DNA of 64,000 nucleotides. Source: an uncultured Clostridia bacterium. Its GTDB lineage: Bacteria > Bacillota_I > Bacilli_A > RF39 > UBA660. This document shows positions 26,434 through 35,389 of the stretch, piece after piece. Each line of letters starts with the position of its first letter. Within the stretch, counting starts at the first letter, position 1. The notes under the pieces were generated by a model. It saw only the letters and a list, made by a program, of their open reading frames with translations, did not search any database and was not told where the DNA came from. Position numbers and translations under genes: made by a program. The stretch covers positions 789 to 64,788 of the forward strand of contig CAMJWT010000008.1 of assembly GCA_946409545.1 (NCBI GenBank), given 5' to 3'.

Positions 26434-28197
26434 ATGTTTAGTGAAAAATTAAGTTTAGTACCAGAACTTCCAGGAAGTTATCAAATGAAAGATAAAGATG
26501 GTATTATTATCTATGTTGGTAAAGCTAAAAACTTAAAAAGAAGACTTAAAAGTTATTTTACAAGAACGGTTACTGGTAAAACTAAAGTATTAGTATCTAA
26601 TATCGCTGATTTTGAATATATTGTAACTAGTAGTGAACTAGAAAGCTTAATTCTAGAGATAACTTTAATTAAAAAATATAATCCTAAATATAATGTTCTT
26701 CTAAAAGACGATAAAAGTTATCCTTATATTGAATTAACTAATGAAAAATATCCAACTTTAAAAGTTGTTCGTAATGTTAAAATAAAAAAGAATAAAAATA
26801 ATCTTTTTGGCCCATATCCTAACGTAGGTTCTGCTAAAAGAACAGTTAATATGTTAAATAGACTATATCCATTAAGAAAATGCGATAAGTTAAAAAAAGA
26901 TGTATGTCTATATTATCATTTAGGAGAATGTCTTGGTTATTGTAAATACAATATTCCTTTTGAAAAGACTAATCAAATGTATAAAGAAATTAAAGATTTC
27001 TTAAATGGTAATAATAATGTTATTGAAAATAAAATAAAAGTTGAGATGCAAAAATGTAGTGATGCCATGAACTTTGAAAAAGCTCTAGAATATAAGAATA
27101 TGCTTAATGATATTAAAGTTACATTAACGGATCAAAAAATTAGTTTAAATAAAGATTATAATTTTGATTTATTTAATTATTATCAAAATAATAACTTCTT
27201 ATCAATTCAAGTATTCTTTATAAGAAGTGGTGTACTCTTTGGTAGAGAACAAAAGATTATAAATACTTTTAGTGACGGTAATGAAGCTTTGACAGAATAC
27301 ATTATCAAATTTTATGAACATAATGTTTTACCAAAAGAAATAATTGTGCCAAGTGATATTGATTATAATTTATTAAGTGAATATTTTAATACAACTGTTA
27401 GTACTCGTGAAAAAGGTGATATTAAAAAATTACTTGATTTAGCACATGAAAACGCTAAGATTCATCTTGATGAACATTTTGAAGAATTAAATAGAGATTT
27501 AGTAAAAAGAGAAGAAGCGATTAATGAACTAAGCAAGCTCCTTGGTGGTGTTAAAGTTAATCGTATGGAATCATTTGATAACTCTCATCTTTTTGGAACA
27601 TATTATGTTTGTGGTATGGTTGTTTTTGATGATTTTATACCACTTCGAAATGAATATCGTAAGTTTAAAGTTGATGTTAGTGTTAAAGATGATTTATCAG
27701 CAATGAGAGAAGTTGTATATAGAAGATATTATCGTGTTTTGATGGAAAACTTAGTTAAACCTGATTTAATAGTAGTCGATGGTGGAGAACTTCAAGTTAA
27801 TGTTGTTAAAGAAATTATTGATGACTTGAACTTAGGTATTAATATAATTGGTTTAAAAAAAGATAATCATCATAAAACAAGTACCATTATTGATCGTAAT
27901 TTAAATGAGATTAATATTGATTCTCATAGTAACTTATTTTTGTATCTTGCAAATATTCAAGAAGAAGTTCATAGATATGCCATAACATATCATCGTGAGA
28001 TTAAAAATAAAGGTATGTTATCAAGTATTCTTGAACTTGTTCCTGGTATTGGTGAATCAAGAAGAAAAGATTTATTAAGAAAGTTTTCTTCACTTAAAAA
28101 GATTAGAGAAGCAAGTGTCTCTGAACTTAGTGAAGTCCTACCTAATGACGTTGCTAAAAGTTTATATGATTATTTAAAAGATAATTGCGAAGAATAG
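26434..28197 (+). CDS. uvrC: excinuclease ABC subunit C
   Basis: 587 aa. GIY-YIG N-terminus (PGSYQMKD..IIYVGKAKNLKRRLKSYF). Cys-rich UvrBC region and C-terminal HhH. GGAGG RBS. Confidence 0.9.
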   Translation: MFSEKLSLVPELPGSYQMKDKDGIIIYVGKAKNLKRRLKSYFTRTVTGKTKVLVSNIADFEYIVTSSELESLILEITLIKKYNPKYNVLLKDDKSYPYIELTNEKYPTLKVVRNVKIKKNKNNLFGPYPNVGSAKRTVNMLNRLYPLRKCDKLKKDVCLYYHLGECLGYCKYNIPFEKTNQMYKEIKDFLNGNNNVIENKIKVEMQKCSDAMNFEKALEYKNMLNDIKVTLTDQKISLNKDYNFDLFNYYQNNNFLSIQVFFIRSGVLFGREQKIINTFSDGNEALTEYIIKFYEHNVLPKEIIVPSDIDYNLLSEYFNTTVSTREKGDIKKLLDLAHENAKIHLDEHFEELNRDLVKREEAINELSKLLGGVKVNRMESFDNSHLFGTYYVCGMVVFDDFIPLRNEYRKFKVDVSVKDDLSAMREVVYRRYYRVLMENLVKPDLIVVDGGELQVNVVKEIIDDLNLGINIIGLKKDNHHKTSTIIDRNLNEINIDSHSNLFLYLANIQEEVHRYAITYHREIKNKGMLSSILELVPGIGESRRKDLLRKFSSLKKIREASVSELSEVLPNDVAKSLYDYLKDNCEE

Positions 28198-28219
28198 TAT
28201 ATTATTATATAATTATGGT

Positions 28220-28732
28220 ATGAATAGAATGAAATATGAAGTAAAAAGTTATTATAAAAGTATCCATGAAATTAACTTTAATAGATTAAAAGAAAAAGGT
28301 ATTAAGTTATTGATTATTGATTTAGATAATACTTTAGGAACGGTTAAAGAAAAAGTAATATCAAAAGAGAAAGAAGACTTAATTCTTGAATTAAAAAAAG
28401 ATTTTACTATTGTTGTAGCTTCTAATAATAGTAGAATTAGAGTATCTCTTTTCTTACATGGTATATGTGATTATATTTGTTTAGCATTAAAGCCTACCAA
28501 GAGATTATATCGAATTATTAAAAGAAGATATCACTTGGAAGGAAAAGATTGTGCAATAATTGGGGATCAGTTTGTAACAGATATTAGATTAGGTAATAAA
28601 GTTGGTTTTTATACAATATTAGTTGATCCTATTGGTAAAGATGGAAAAGTATCATTTTTTAATCGATTAATAGAAAAAAGAATAAAAGATAAAATCCAAT
28701 TTAAGGATGGTGAATATTTTGAGAAAGATTAA
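28220..28732 (+). CDS. yqeG: YqeG-family HAD-IIIA phosphatase
   Basis: 170 aa. LIIDLDNTLG HAD motif I. Position upstream of yqeH. Confidence 0.7.
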   Translation: MNRMKYEVKSYYKSIHEINFNRLKEKGIKLLIIDLDNTLGTVKEKVISKEKEDLILELKKDFTIVVASNNSRIRVSLFLHGICDYICLALKPTKRLYRIIKRRYHLEGKDCAIIGDQFVTDIRLGNKVGFYTILVDPIGKDGKVSFFNRLIEKRIKDKIQFKDGEYFEKD

Positions 28733-29723
28733 ACATTGTGAGGGTTGCGGTGTTAAATTACAAGATGAAAATATTTTAAATATTGGTTACACAACAAATT
28801 TAAATAATGATCTTTGTATGCGTTGTTTTAGACTACGCAATTATGGAGAATATGAAAGTGTATCATCTAATTTAGTTAACTATGAAAAGATTCTTTCGAT
28901 GGTTAATCGTTCACGTGAATTAGTCTTATATGTTGTAGATGTTGTTAATCTACCTAAAGATATTGGTATTATTAAAAACTATTTAAAGAATGATATTATC
29001 TTAGTTATTAATAAAAGAGATTTACTACCTTGGAGTGTTAAAGACGAAAAGATTATTGATTATATTAAAAATCTTGAAATTGATTTTGATGATATCGTTG
29101 TTATTAGTAGTGAAAAGAACTTTAATATGGATATTTTGTATAAAAAGATTACGAAATATCAAAAAAGTGAAAATGTTTATGTTGTTGGTTACACAAATGC
29201 AGGTAAGAGTAGCTTAATAAGTAGATTTATTAGTAATTATGGTGATGGTAATACAACACTTACGGTATCACCACTTCCTTCAACAACCTTAAATAGAATA
29301 ATTATTCCTATTAATAATAAAATAACCTTAATTGATACACCTGGTATTATCGATAATAGTAATATTATTAACTTTGTTGATAAAAAAATGTATAAAAAAC
29401 TTAATAGTAAGAAAGAGATTAAACCTCGTACTTATCAATTATCTAGTGGACAATCTCTTTTATTAGGAGACTTAGTTCGGATTGATTATGTTAATGGGGA
29501 TCGTAATAGTTTAACTTTCTATATCCCAAATGAAATAAAAATCAGAAGAACAAGTTATCGTAGTGATAAGTTAAAAGATTTAACAGAATTTAATTATGAT
29601 ATCTTATATTCTAATGATTTATGTATTATGGGTTTAGGCTTTATTAAGTTTGTTGCTGGTTGTGAAATAAGATTATATATTAATAAAGATGTTGATGTCT
29701 TTATGCGAAATAACTTGATTTAA
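28707..29723 (+). CDS. yqeH: ribosome biogenesis GTPase YqeH
   Basis: N-terminal CEGCGVKL...CMRCF zinc ribbon. Circularly permuted GTPase motifs (NKRDLL...GYTNAGKSS...DTPG). Confidence 0.85.
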   Translation: MVNILRKIKHCEGCGVKLQDENILNIGYTTNLNNDLCMRCFRLRNYGEYESVSSNLVNYEKILSMVNRSRELVLYVVDVVNLPKDIGIIKNYLKNDIILVINKRDLLPWSVKDEKIIDYIKNLEIDFDDIVVISSEKNFNMDILYKKITKYQKSENVYVVGYTNAGKSSLISRFISNYGDGNTTLTVSPLPSTTLNRIIIPINNKITLIDTPGIIDNSNIINFVDKKMYKKLNSKKEIKPRTYQLSSGQSLLLGDLVRIDYVNGDRNSLTFYIPNEIKIRRTSYRSDKLKDLTEFNYDILYSNDLCIMGLGFIKFVAGCEIRLYINKDVDVFMRNNLI

Positions 29724-29762
29724 AGAAAGAAAGTATTATAAAATAATTTTGTAGGTGATTTT

Positions 29763-30308
29763 ATGGAAGATGAAATTTTATTAGAAGTTGAAGAAAAAAT
29801 GGAAAATGCGATTGAAGCATTAGAAAGTAGATTTAAAACAGTTAGAACAGGAAGAGCTAATCCAAGTAGTTTAGATGGTGTTAAAGTAAATTATTATGGT
29901 ACACCAACACCACTTAAACAACTTGCAACAATTAGTGTTCCAGAAGCTCGTCAATTATTAATTAAACCATTTGATAAAAGTTGTTTATCAGGAATTGAAA
30001 AAGGAATCTATGAAGCTGATCTTGGATATACACCAAATAATGATGGTGAAACAATTCGTATTGTTATTCCTGATTTAACAGAGGACCGTAGACGTGAACT
30101 TGTTAAACAAGTTAAAGCAATGTGCGAAGATGCTAAAGTAGCTATTCGTAATGCAAGACGTGATGCTATGGATGATGTTAAAAAAGCTGAATTCTCTGAA
30201 GACGTTGAAAAACAAATGGAAGATGATATTCAAAAATTAGTTAATGATTACAATAAAAAAGCTGATGATTTAACTAAAGAAAAAGAAAACGATTTAATGA
30301 GTGTTTAG
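29763..30308 (+). CDS. frr: ribosome recycling factor
   Basis: 181 aa, sequence VRTGRANPSSLDGVKVNYYGTPTPLKQLATISVPEARQLLIKPFD. AGGTGA RBS. Confidence 0.95.
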   Translation: MEDEILLEVEEKMENAIEALESRFKTVRTGRANPSSLDGVKVNYYGTPTPLKQLATISVPEARQLLIKPFDKSCLSGIEKGIYEADLGYTPNNDGETIRIVIPDLTEDRRRELVKQVKAMCEDAKVAIRNARRDAMDDVKKAEFSEDVEKQMEDDIQKLVNDYNKKADDLTKEKENDLMSV

Positions 30309-30341
30309 AAGACGTGAATTTGACTTTTACGTCTTTTTTTG
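30309..30341 (+). terminator. rho-independent terminator of frr
   Basis: AAGACGT...ACGTCTT stem with a 13-nt loop, followed by TTTTTTT. Confidence 0.65.
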
Positions 30342-30348
30342 ATATAAT
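30320..30348 (+). promoter_or_regulatory. consensus-like sigma-A promoter embedded in and following the frr terminator
   Basis: TTGACT (30320-30325, inside the terminator loop), 17-nt spacer, TG-n-TATAAT extended -10 (30340-30348). It would fire into the 30.35-30.88 kb non-coding region. Confidence 0.5.
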
Positions 30349-30469
30349 TACATACGTATGGTGCATTATTCTAGTCAAACAAGATATTGGAAGATGGGGC
30401 TAAAAATCCATTAATTGTGTGTAAAACACTTTGTATATTTGCTTCTTTTGCCCAAAGAGGGGTGAATAT

Positions 30470-30556
30470 ATGATTTTAGATTTAAGGAAAAGATATAATG
30501 GCATATATTTGTATCCTTTTATCGCGTTAATATACTATATCACATGTCGTGAGTGA
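30470..30556 (+). CDS. candidate small hydrophobic peptide (28 aa) MILDLRKRYNGIYLYPFIALIYYITCRE
   Basis: AGAGGGG 8 nt upstream of the ATG. It is the only ORF with a good RBS in the 560-bp frr-downstream intergenic region. Hydrophobic core IYLYPFIALIYYI. Confidence 0.25.
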   Translation: MILDLRKRYNGIYLYPFIALIYYITCRE

Positions 30557-30881
30557 TCTCTTGGGATGTTAATTAGGTTGTATTAATTTGAAAAAGACAT
30601 TGCAAAAGCGAATAAAAATATCTTAAGTTTGTTTGGGAAAACCTCTAGGATGTTCTTACTATAAGGATTGTGGTGCGGACTAAGTGGTGATCGAGTGGTC
30701 AAGAAGGGTAACCTTTGATTAAATCTTTTAAAGAGAAATCGCCGGTGGGTAACCTAAGGTAGGATTTAGAGAAATTCAACTCGACCTCAAGCCGTAAAAT
30801 TAATTTATAGTAGACCATGCATTTTACCCTAAGGCATAGATGAACTATTAGTTGTAAATAGTTGATTTATGGCTTTTTTAT

Positions 30882-30910
30882 TTGACAAAAAAAGGTATAA
30901 GTGGTATAAT
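30882..30910 (+). promoter_or_regulatory. sigma-A promoter for the downstream membrane-protein gene
   Basis: TTGACA (30882-30887), 17-nt spacer, TGGTATAAT extended -10 (30902-30910). Confidence 0.6.
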
Positions 30911-30937
30911 ATGAGACGTTTAAGGGGGTATATAGAT

Positions 30938-32209
30938 ATGTATACTAGTAATGATATAGATACTCGTGATGATTACGAAGATGCTGATTACGAGGAAGAA
31001 AGAGAATACGTAGAAGAAGAAAGCTTCTATGAAAAAAATAAAAACATAATTTTTAAAGTTTTAATTATTATTTTATGTATTATTATTTTAATATGGTTAA
31101 TTTCTAAATTAGGTAAAAAGAAAGAAGTACCAAGTAATTATGATGCTAATGTTACGCAAGTTAGACTTGCAAGTGAACAATATTTCTTTATCAATAACAA
31201 ACCTGGTACTGAAAAACAATCAATTACACTTTCTCATTTAATTAATGGAAATTTAATTAAAGAAGTTAAAAATACTGATGGTACAGTATGTAAAAATGAT
31301 AGTTTAATTACTTTAGAAAATAACGGTATTGATTATATTATGACAATCACTCTTGATTGTGGTAAAGAAAAGACTGCTAAATCATATTATTATCGTGTTT
31401 CTGATTATAAATGTGAAAATTGTAATGGTGAAACATATATGAATGGAAATAATGGAGATCAAAATCCTGATGATCCAGGAGAAAATCCGGCAGATGATGA
31501 TACTGATAAATATACTTGTGATTGGAGTGCTTGGACAACTGAAAGAAATTATAATAGTAATTTAATTGAAAGAACAAGAGTTGTTGTTAAAGCAATGAAA
31601 CAAGAAACAGAAGAAAAAGTTGTTTACGGTGAATGGAGTGATTATTCAGAAGTTCCTGTAACACCTAGTGATACTCTTGAAGTTGAAACAAAAACTGATA
31701 GTGTTGATACATGGGTTGATAAAACAAGTAGTAGTCCCGTTTATGAAAGTGATACAATACGTAATGTAACTAAATCAACATCAGGTGGTTCTAGTTATAC
31801 ATATTGTCCATCTGGTTATGAAAAAGCTGATGGTAGATGTCGTAAAGGACAAGCTTCTCGTACAATTAGTGCTACAGAATATGTAAGTTTATCTGGAGAA
31901 GAAAGAAAAAGTTGTTCTCCAAAAAGAGAAACACCTAACAAATTAGTTTATGTTTGTGGTGGTGGTTATACTTACACTGATCTTAAGACAGGTTACCATA
32001 GTGGTTCAACTACATATCATTATCAAGAATTATCAAGAACAACTACAACACTTTATCGTAGTAGAACAAAGACTGTTGAAATAGTTGTTACTGAACCTGT
32101 TTATACAGATTATATTCTTGAAAGTGAAATCCCTGCTGGTTATACTAAAGTAGCTGGTAGTGAAAGAACTGAATACTCATATAAATTAAGTTCTTGTGGA
32201 ACTAAATAA
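30938..32209 (+). CDS. hypothetical membrane-anchored extracellular protein (acidic N-tail, single TM, Cys/Thr-rich ectodomain)
   Basis: Start moved to ATG 30938 (MYTSNDID..., AAGGGGG RBS) because the track start at 30869 overlaps the promoter. TM segment IIFKVLIIILCIIILIWLI. Many Cys in the ectodomain. Confidence 0.7.
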   Translation: MYTSNDIDTRDDYEDADYEEEREYVEEESFYEKNKNIIFKVLIIILCIIILIWLISKLGKKKEVPSNYDANVTQVRLASEQYFFINNKPGTEKQSITLSHLINGNLIKEVKNTDGTVCKNDSLITLENNGIDYIMTITLDCGKEKTAKSYYYRVSDYKCENCNGETYMNGNNGDQNPDDPGENPADDDTDKYTCDWSAWTTERNYNSNLIERTRVVVKAMKQETEEKVVYGEWSDYSEVPVTPSDTLEVETKTDSVDTWVDKTSSSPVYESDTIRNVTKSTSGGSSYTYCPSGYEKADGRCRKGQASRTISATEYVSLSGEERKSCSPKRETPNKLVYVCGGGYTYTDLKTGYHSGSTTYHYQELSRTTTTLYRSRTKTVEIVVTEPVYTDYILESEIPAGYTKVAGSERTEYSYKLSSCGTK

Positions 32210-32226
32210 TATTGCAAAATATAGTA

Positions 32227-32257
32227 AAGAATACTAGTAATAGTATTCTTTTTTTTA
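32227..32257 (+). terminator. rho-independent terminator
   Basis: AAGAATACTA-gtaa-TAGTATTCTT hairpin followed by TTTTTTTT. Confidence 0.75.
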
Positions 32258-32269
32258 TATAATTTTTTT

Positions 32270-32923
32270 ATGAAGATAGATATAGATAATAGATTATATA
32301 ATGTTATTATTACTCATAAACCTTATAAGAAGAATATAACTATAAGTGTTAAAGAAGATATGAATATTTATGTATCATGTAATGTTATAACAAGTGATAG
32401 AGAAGTTATAAAAATTATTAATAAGAATATTAATAGTGTTCAAAGAATGATTAACAAAATGGAAAAGAAAGTTTTAAAACATCAAGAAGAGGAAGATAAC
32501 TTTTATTTTCTAGGTAAAAAGTATGATATTGTATATCTAAATAATAAGGATTTAATTTTAGGTACAGATAAAGTCTTTATGAATCAAAACTTTGATATTG
32601 ATAAATGGTATTCCAAAGAAGCTAAAAAGATTTTTCAAGAAGAGTTAGATCGTTTATATAATAATTTTAAATATGAAATACCATATCCAAGTTTAACGAT
32701 TCGTAAGATGAAAACAAGATGGGGAGTATGTAATTATAGAACAAAGAGAGTAACCTTAAATTATAATTTAATAAAAAAAGATATTAAGTATTTAGATTAT
32801 GTTATTATTCATGAATTAAGTCATTTAATATATCATGACCATTCAAAAAACTTTTGGAGGGTTGTAGAAGATAACATGCCTGATTTTAAAGAAATAAGAA
32901 AGGATTTAAAAAACAATGAGTAA
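32270..32923 (+). CDS. YgjP-like (DUF45) M48-related metal-dependent hydrolase
   Basis: 217 aa. C-terminal HELSHLIYHDHSKNFW motif. TATAAT at 32258-32263 lies 6 nt upstream of the ATG with no RBS, so this is probably leaderless. Confidence 0.7.
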   Translation: MKIDIDNRLYNVIITHKPYKKNITISVKEDMNIYVSCNVITSDREVIKIINKNINSVQRMINKMEKKVLKHQEEEDNFYFLGKKYDIVYLNNKDLILGTDKVFMNQNFDIDKWYSKEAKKIFQEELDRLYNNFKYEIPYPSLTIRKMKTRWGVCNYRTKRVTLNYNLIKKDIKYLDYVIIHELSHLIYHDHSKNFWRVVEDNMPDFKEIRKDLKNNE

Positions 32924-33749
32924 GATTATTGATGGTAAAAAAGTTAGTTTAGAGATTAAAGAAGAATTAAAGAAGAAAGTATCTAAATTAAAAGTTAAAC
33001 CTAAATTAGTAGTTATTAGTGTTGGTGATAATCCAGCAAGTAAAGTTTATGTTCGTCAAAAAGAAAAATGTGCTAAATATATTGGTTTTCTTTATGAACA
33101 CATGCATTATGATAGTATTTCTGATGATGATTTAATATGTGAAATTGAAAAATTAAATAATGATAAAAGTGTATCAGGTATGATAGTTCAATTACCTCTT
33201 CCTGATGGCATGAATGAAAAAAGAATTGTTAATAGTATTTGTGTCTCTAAAGACGTTGATGGTCTTACTTATCTTAATGCTGGAAGATTACTTAATAATG
33301 AAGAATGTTTAACAAGTTGTACACCAGCAGGGATTATGGAACTATTGAAAGCTTATAAGATTGATCCGTGTGGTAAGAGAGCAGTTGTAATTGGTCGTAG
33401 TATTTTAGTTGGTAAACCAATGATGAATTTATTAATTAATGCAAATGCTACTGTTACATTATGTCATTCTAAGACTGTTGAACTAGAAAAGATAACAAGA
33501 AAAGCTGATATTTTAGTAGTAGCTATAGGTAAACCTAATTTTGTAACACGTGATATGGTAAAAAGAGGTAGTGTTATTATTGATGTTGGTATAAATAGAG
33601 TAGATGATAAATTAATTGGTGATGTTAATTTTGATGATGTTAAAGATAAAGTTAAATTAATTACACCAGTACCTGGTGGTGTTGGTCCAATGACCGTTGT
33701 TATGTTAATGAATAATGTTTATAATGCATATTTAAAGAATAATAATTAA
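32916..33749 (+). CDS. folD: bifunctional methylenetetrahydrofolate dehydrogenase/cyclohydrolase
   Basis: 277 aa. Sequences IDGKKVS, GMIVQLPLP, GRSILVGKPM, PVPGGVGPMTV. Confidence 0.9.
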   Translation: MSKIIDGKKVSLEIKEELKKKVSKLKVKPKLVVISVGDNPASKVYVRQKEKCAKYIGFLYEHMHYDSISDDDLICEIEKLNNDKSVSGMIVQLPLPDGMNEKRIVNSICVSKDVDGLTYLNAGRLLNNEECLTSCTPAGIMELLKAYKIDPCGKRAVVIGRSILVGKPMMNLLINANATVTLCHSKTVELEKITRKADILVVAIGKPNFVTRDMVKRGSVIIDVGINRVDDKLIGDVNFDDVKDKVKLITPVPGGVGPMTVVMLMNNVYNAYLKNNN

Positions 33750-33760
33750 ATGGAGTATTT

Positions 33761-34342
33761 ATGAAAAAACTAATTTATTTAACGACAAATCCGCATAAAG
33801 TAGAAGAAGCTAATGAATTCTTTGGTAAAAAATATGGATTTGATTTAGAAATAGTTAATCCTGATTTTGAAATCTTAGAAATTCAAGCTAAGACTTGTGG
33901 AGAAGTAGCAAGATTTAGTGCTAAGTATGCAGCTGATAAGTTAGGTTATCCGGTTTTAAAATCAGATACAGGATTATATCTTGATGCATTGGGAGGATTA
34001 CCTGGTCCTTATAATGCTTATTTTGATAAACAAATTGGTGTTGATAAGTTTTTAGAAATGTTAAAAGGTGAAAAAAATAGAAAAGCAAGAATCGAACATT
34101 GTTTTGCATATTGTGAACCAGGTAGTGATCCTGTTATCTTTACTGGTGGAGGAACTGGTACAATTTCACGTAAAGCCAAAGGTGAAAGAGGAAGATGGCA
34201 TGATAAATTCTTTATTCCTGATGGCGAGACGAAAACTTTAAGTGAACTAAGAGATATTGATTATGAAAGAGAAGCTTCATACTGGGGATGTGCTATTGAT
34301 GATTTTGCTAAATGGTATAAAGAAAATAAATTAGATAAATAA
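33761..34342 (+). CDS. rdgB: RdgB/Ham1-family non-canonical purine NTP pyrophosphatase
   Basis: LTTNPHK..E, SDTGLYLDALGGLPGPYNAYF. GGAG RBS. Confidence 0.75.
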   Translation: MKKLIYLTTNPHKVEEANEFFGKKYGFDLEIVNPDFEILEIQAKTCGEVARFSAKYAADKLGYPVLKSDTGLYLDALGGLPGPYNAYFDKQIGVDKFLEMLKGEKNRKARIEHCFAYCEPGSDPVIFTGGGTGTISRKAKGERGRWHDKFFIPDGETKTLSELRDIDYEREASYWGCAIDDFAKWYKENKLDK

Positions 34343-34367
34343 AAAAGATGGGTAACCATCTTTTTTT
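34343..34367. terminator. bidirectional terminator between convergent rdgB and sortase genes
   Basis: AAAGATGG-gtaa-CCATCTTT hairpin with T-runs on both strands. Confidence 0.7.
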
Positions 34368-35238
34368 ATTGTTTAGTTTCAATTTTAATAAGTTTAGCAT
34401 GAACAACAGCTCTTTCTTTAGCAGAACTACCATAACATGTTGATAATGTAAGTATTTTATCATTAACATTAACTGTTGTTCCAAAATCATACATTGTTCT
34501 TTTACTAATCATATTTAAAAAGTTTTGGAAATCACGATCATCTGAGAAATTAACTTTTATGTAATCGTTTGTTGCTGGTAGGTGATATACACTAAATATT
34601 TGCCATAATGTATTTTCTTTTTCAGTACTTATTTTAATTACGTGATATTCTTTATTATTTTGCCATTTCTTAGTAAAGACATTAGCTAAACTTCCAAACA
34701 TGGAATCATCTTTACGATCATGACCATATATTATATTGTTTCTTGATAGTTTATTTATCTTATTACGATAATCTAAGAAAATCCAACCGCCTGTATTATA
34801 TGTTTTATTATAACTTCTTGTTAAATAGTATTTATTATCTTTACTTTGTACGAATGGATAATTAATGTAAGTTCCATCCATTTTAATCCAACCAACAGTA
34901 TCTTTATTAGATTGTTTTAATTCTTTAAAATCAACATCCATCATTGGCATATAAATATAATCCCAATATGGATTTGATTTAGGAACTTCTTCTTGTTGTT
35001 CAATAACTTCAACATTTTCGGAGTTGTTATCAACAACTTCTTCCTTTATTTCTGTTTTTTTCTGAAGTTCTGATACTTGTTTCTTTGTTTTATCATTATC
35101 AATTTTCCATTTATAAATGTTTTCAATAGAAATTGCCATAACTACTAAACTAGTAGATGCCATTAAGATAATAATAATATTTATAATATTTTTCGATAAA
35201 TTTTTATTGTTTTTTTTCTTCATTTTCTCTCTCTGCAT
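34366..35238 (-). CDS. srtB: class B sortase
   Basis: N-terminal TM. SrtB-type N-segment (LKQSNKDTVGWIKMDGTYINYPFVQSKDNKYYLTRSYNKTYNTGGWIFLD), His in NIIYGHD, catalytic LTLSTCY, Arg in ERAVVHAKL. An alternative start lies 15 nt downstream (MKKKNN). Confidence 0.7.
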   Translation of the reverse strand: MQREKMKKKNNKNLSKNIINIIIILMASTSLVVMAISIENIYKWKIDNDKTKKQVSELQKKTEIKEEVVDNNSENVEVIEQQEEVPKSNPYWDYIYMPMMDVDFKELKQSNKDTVGWIKMDGTYINYPFVQSKDNKYYLTRSYNKTYNTGGWIFLDYRNKINKLSRNNIIYGHDRKDDSMFGSLANVFTKKWQNNKEYHVIKISTEKENTLWQIFSVYHLPATNDYIKVNFSDDRDFQNFLNMISKRTMYDFGTTVNVNDKILTLSTCYGSSAKERAVVHAKLIKIETKQ

Positions 35239-35389
35239 AAGTATATTCTATTACAAAAAAAATTAATCTTCAATAATTAATTATATTTGAATTTTGTTCT
35301 TGAAATATGCATCCAAATATTATAGAATTATTATAGAGGAGGATAGCGGAAGTCGACAAATTGAAGACTTACGATATAAATTGTAGAAA

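Noticed and set aside
30350-30880. Group II intron, RNase P RNA, tmRNA or SRP RNA in the frr-downstream non-coding region
   Set aside because: A GUGCGGAC string occurs at ~30668. However, there is no domain V-like GAGC...GUAUG hairpin and no RT ORF, and the region is too short. None of the RNase P (GGAAAGUCC, ACAGAA), tmRNA (GGGG...CCUCCACCA, T-arm) or SRP domain IV motifs are present.
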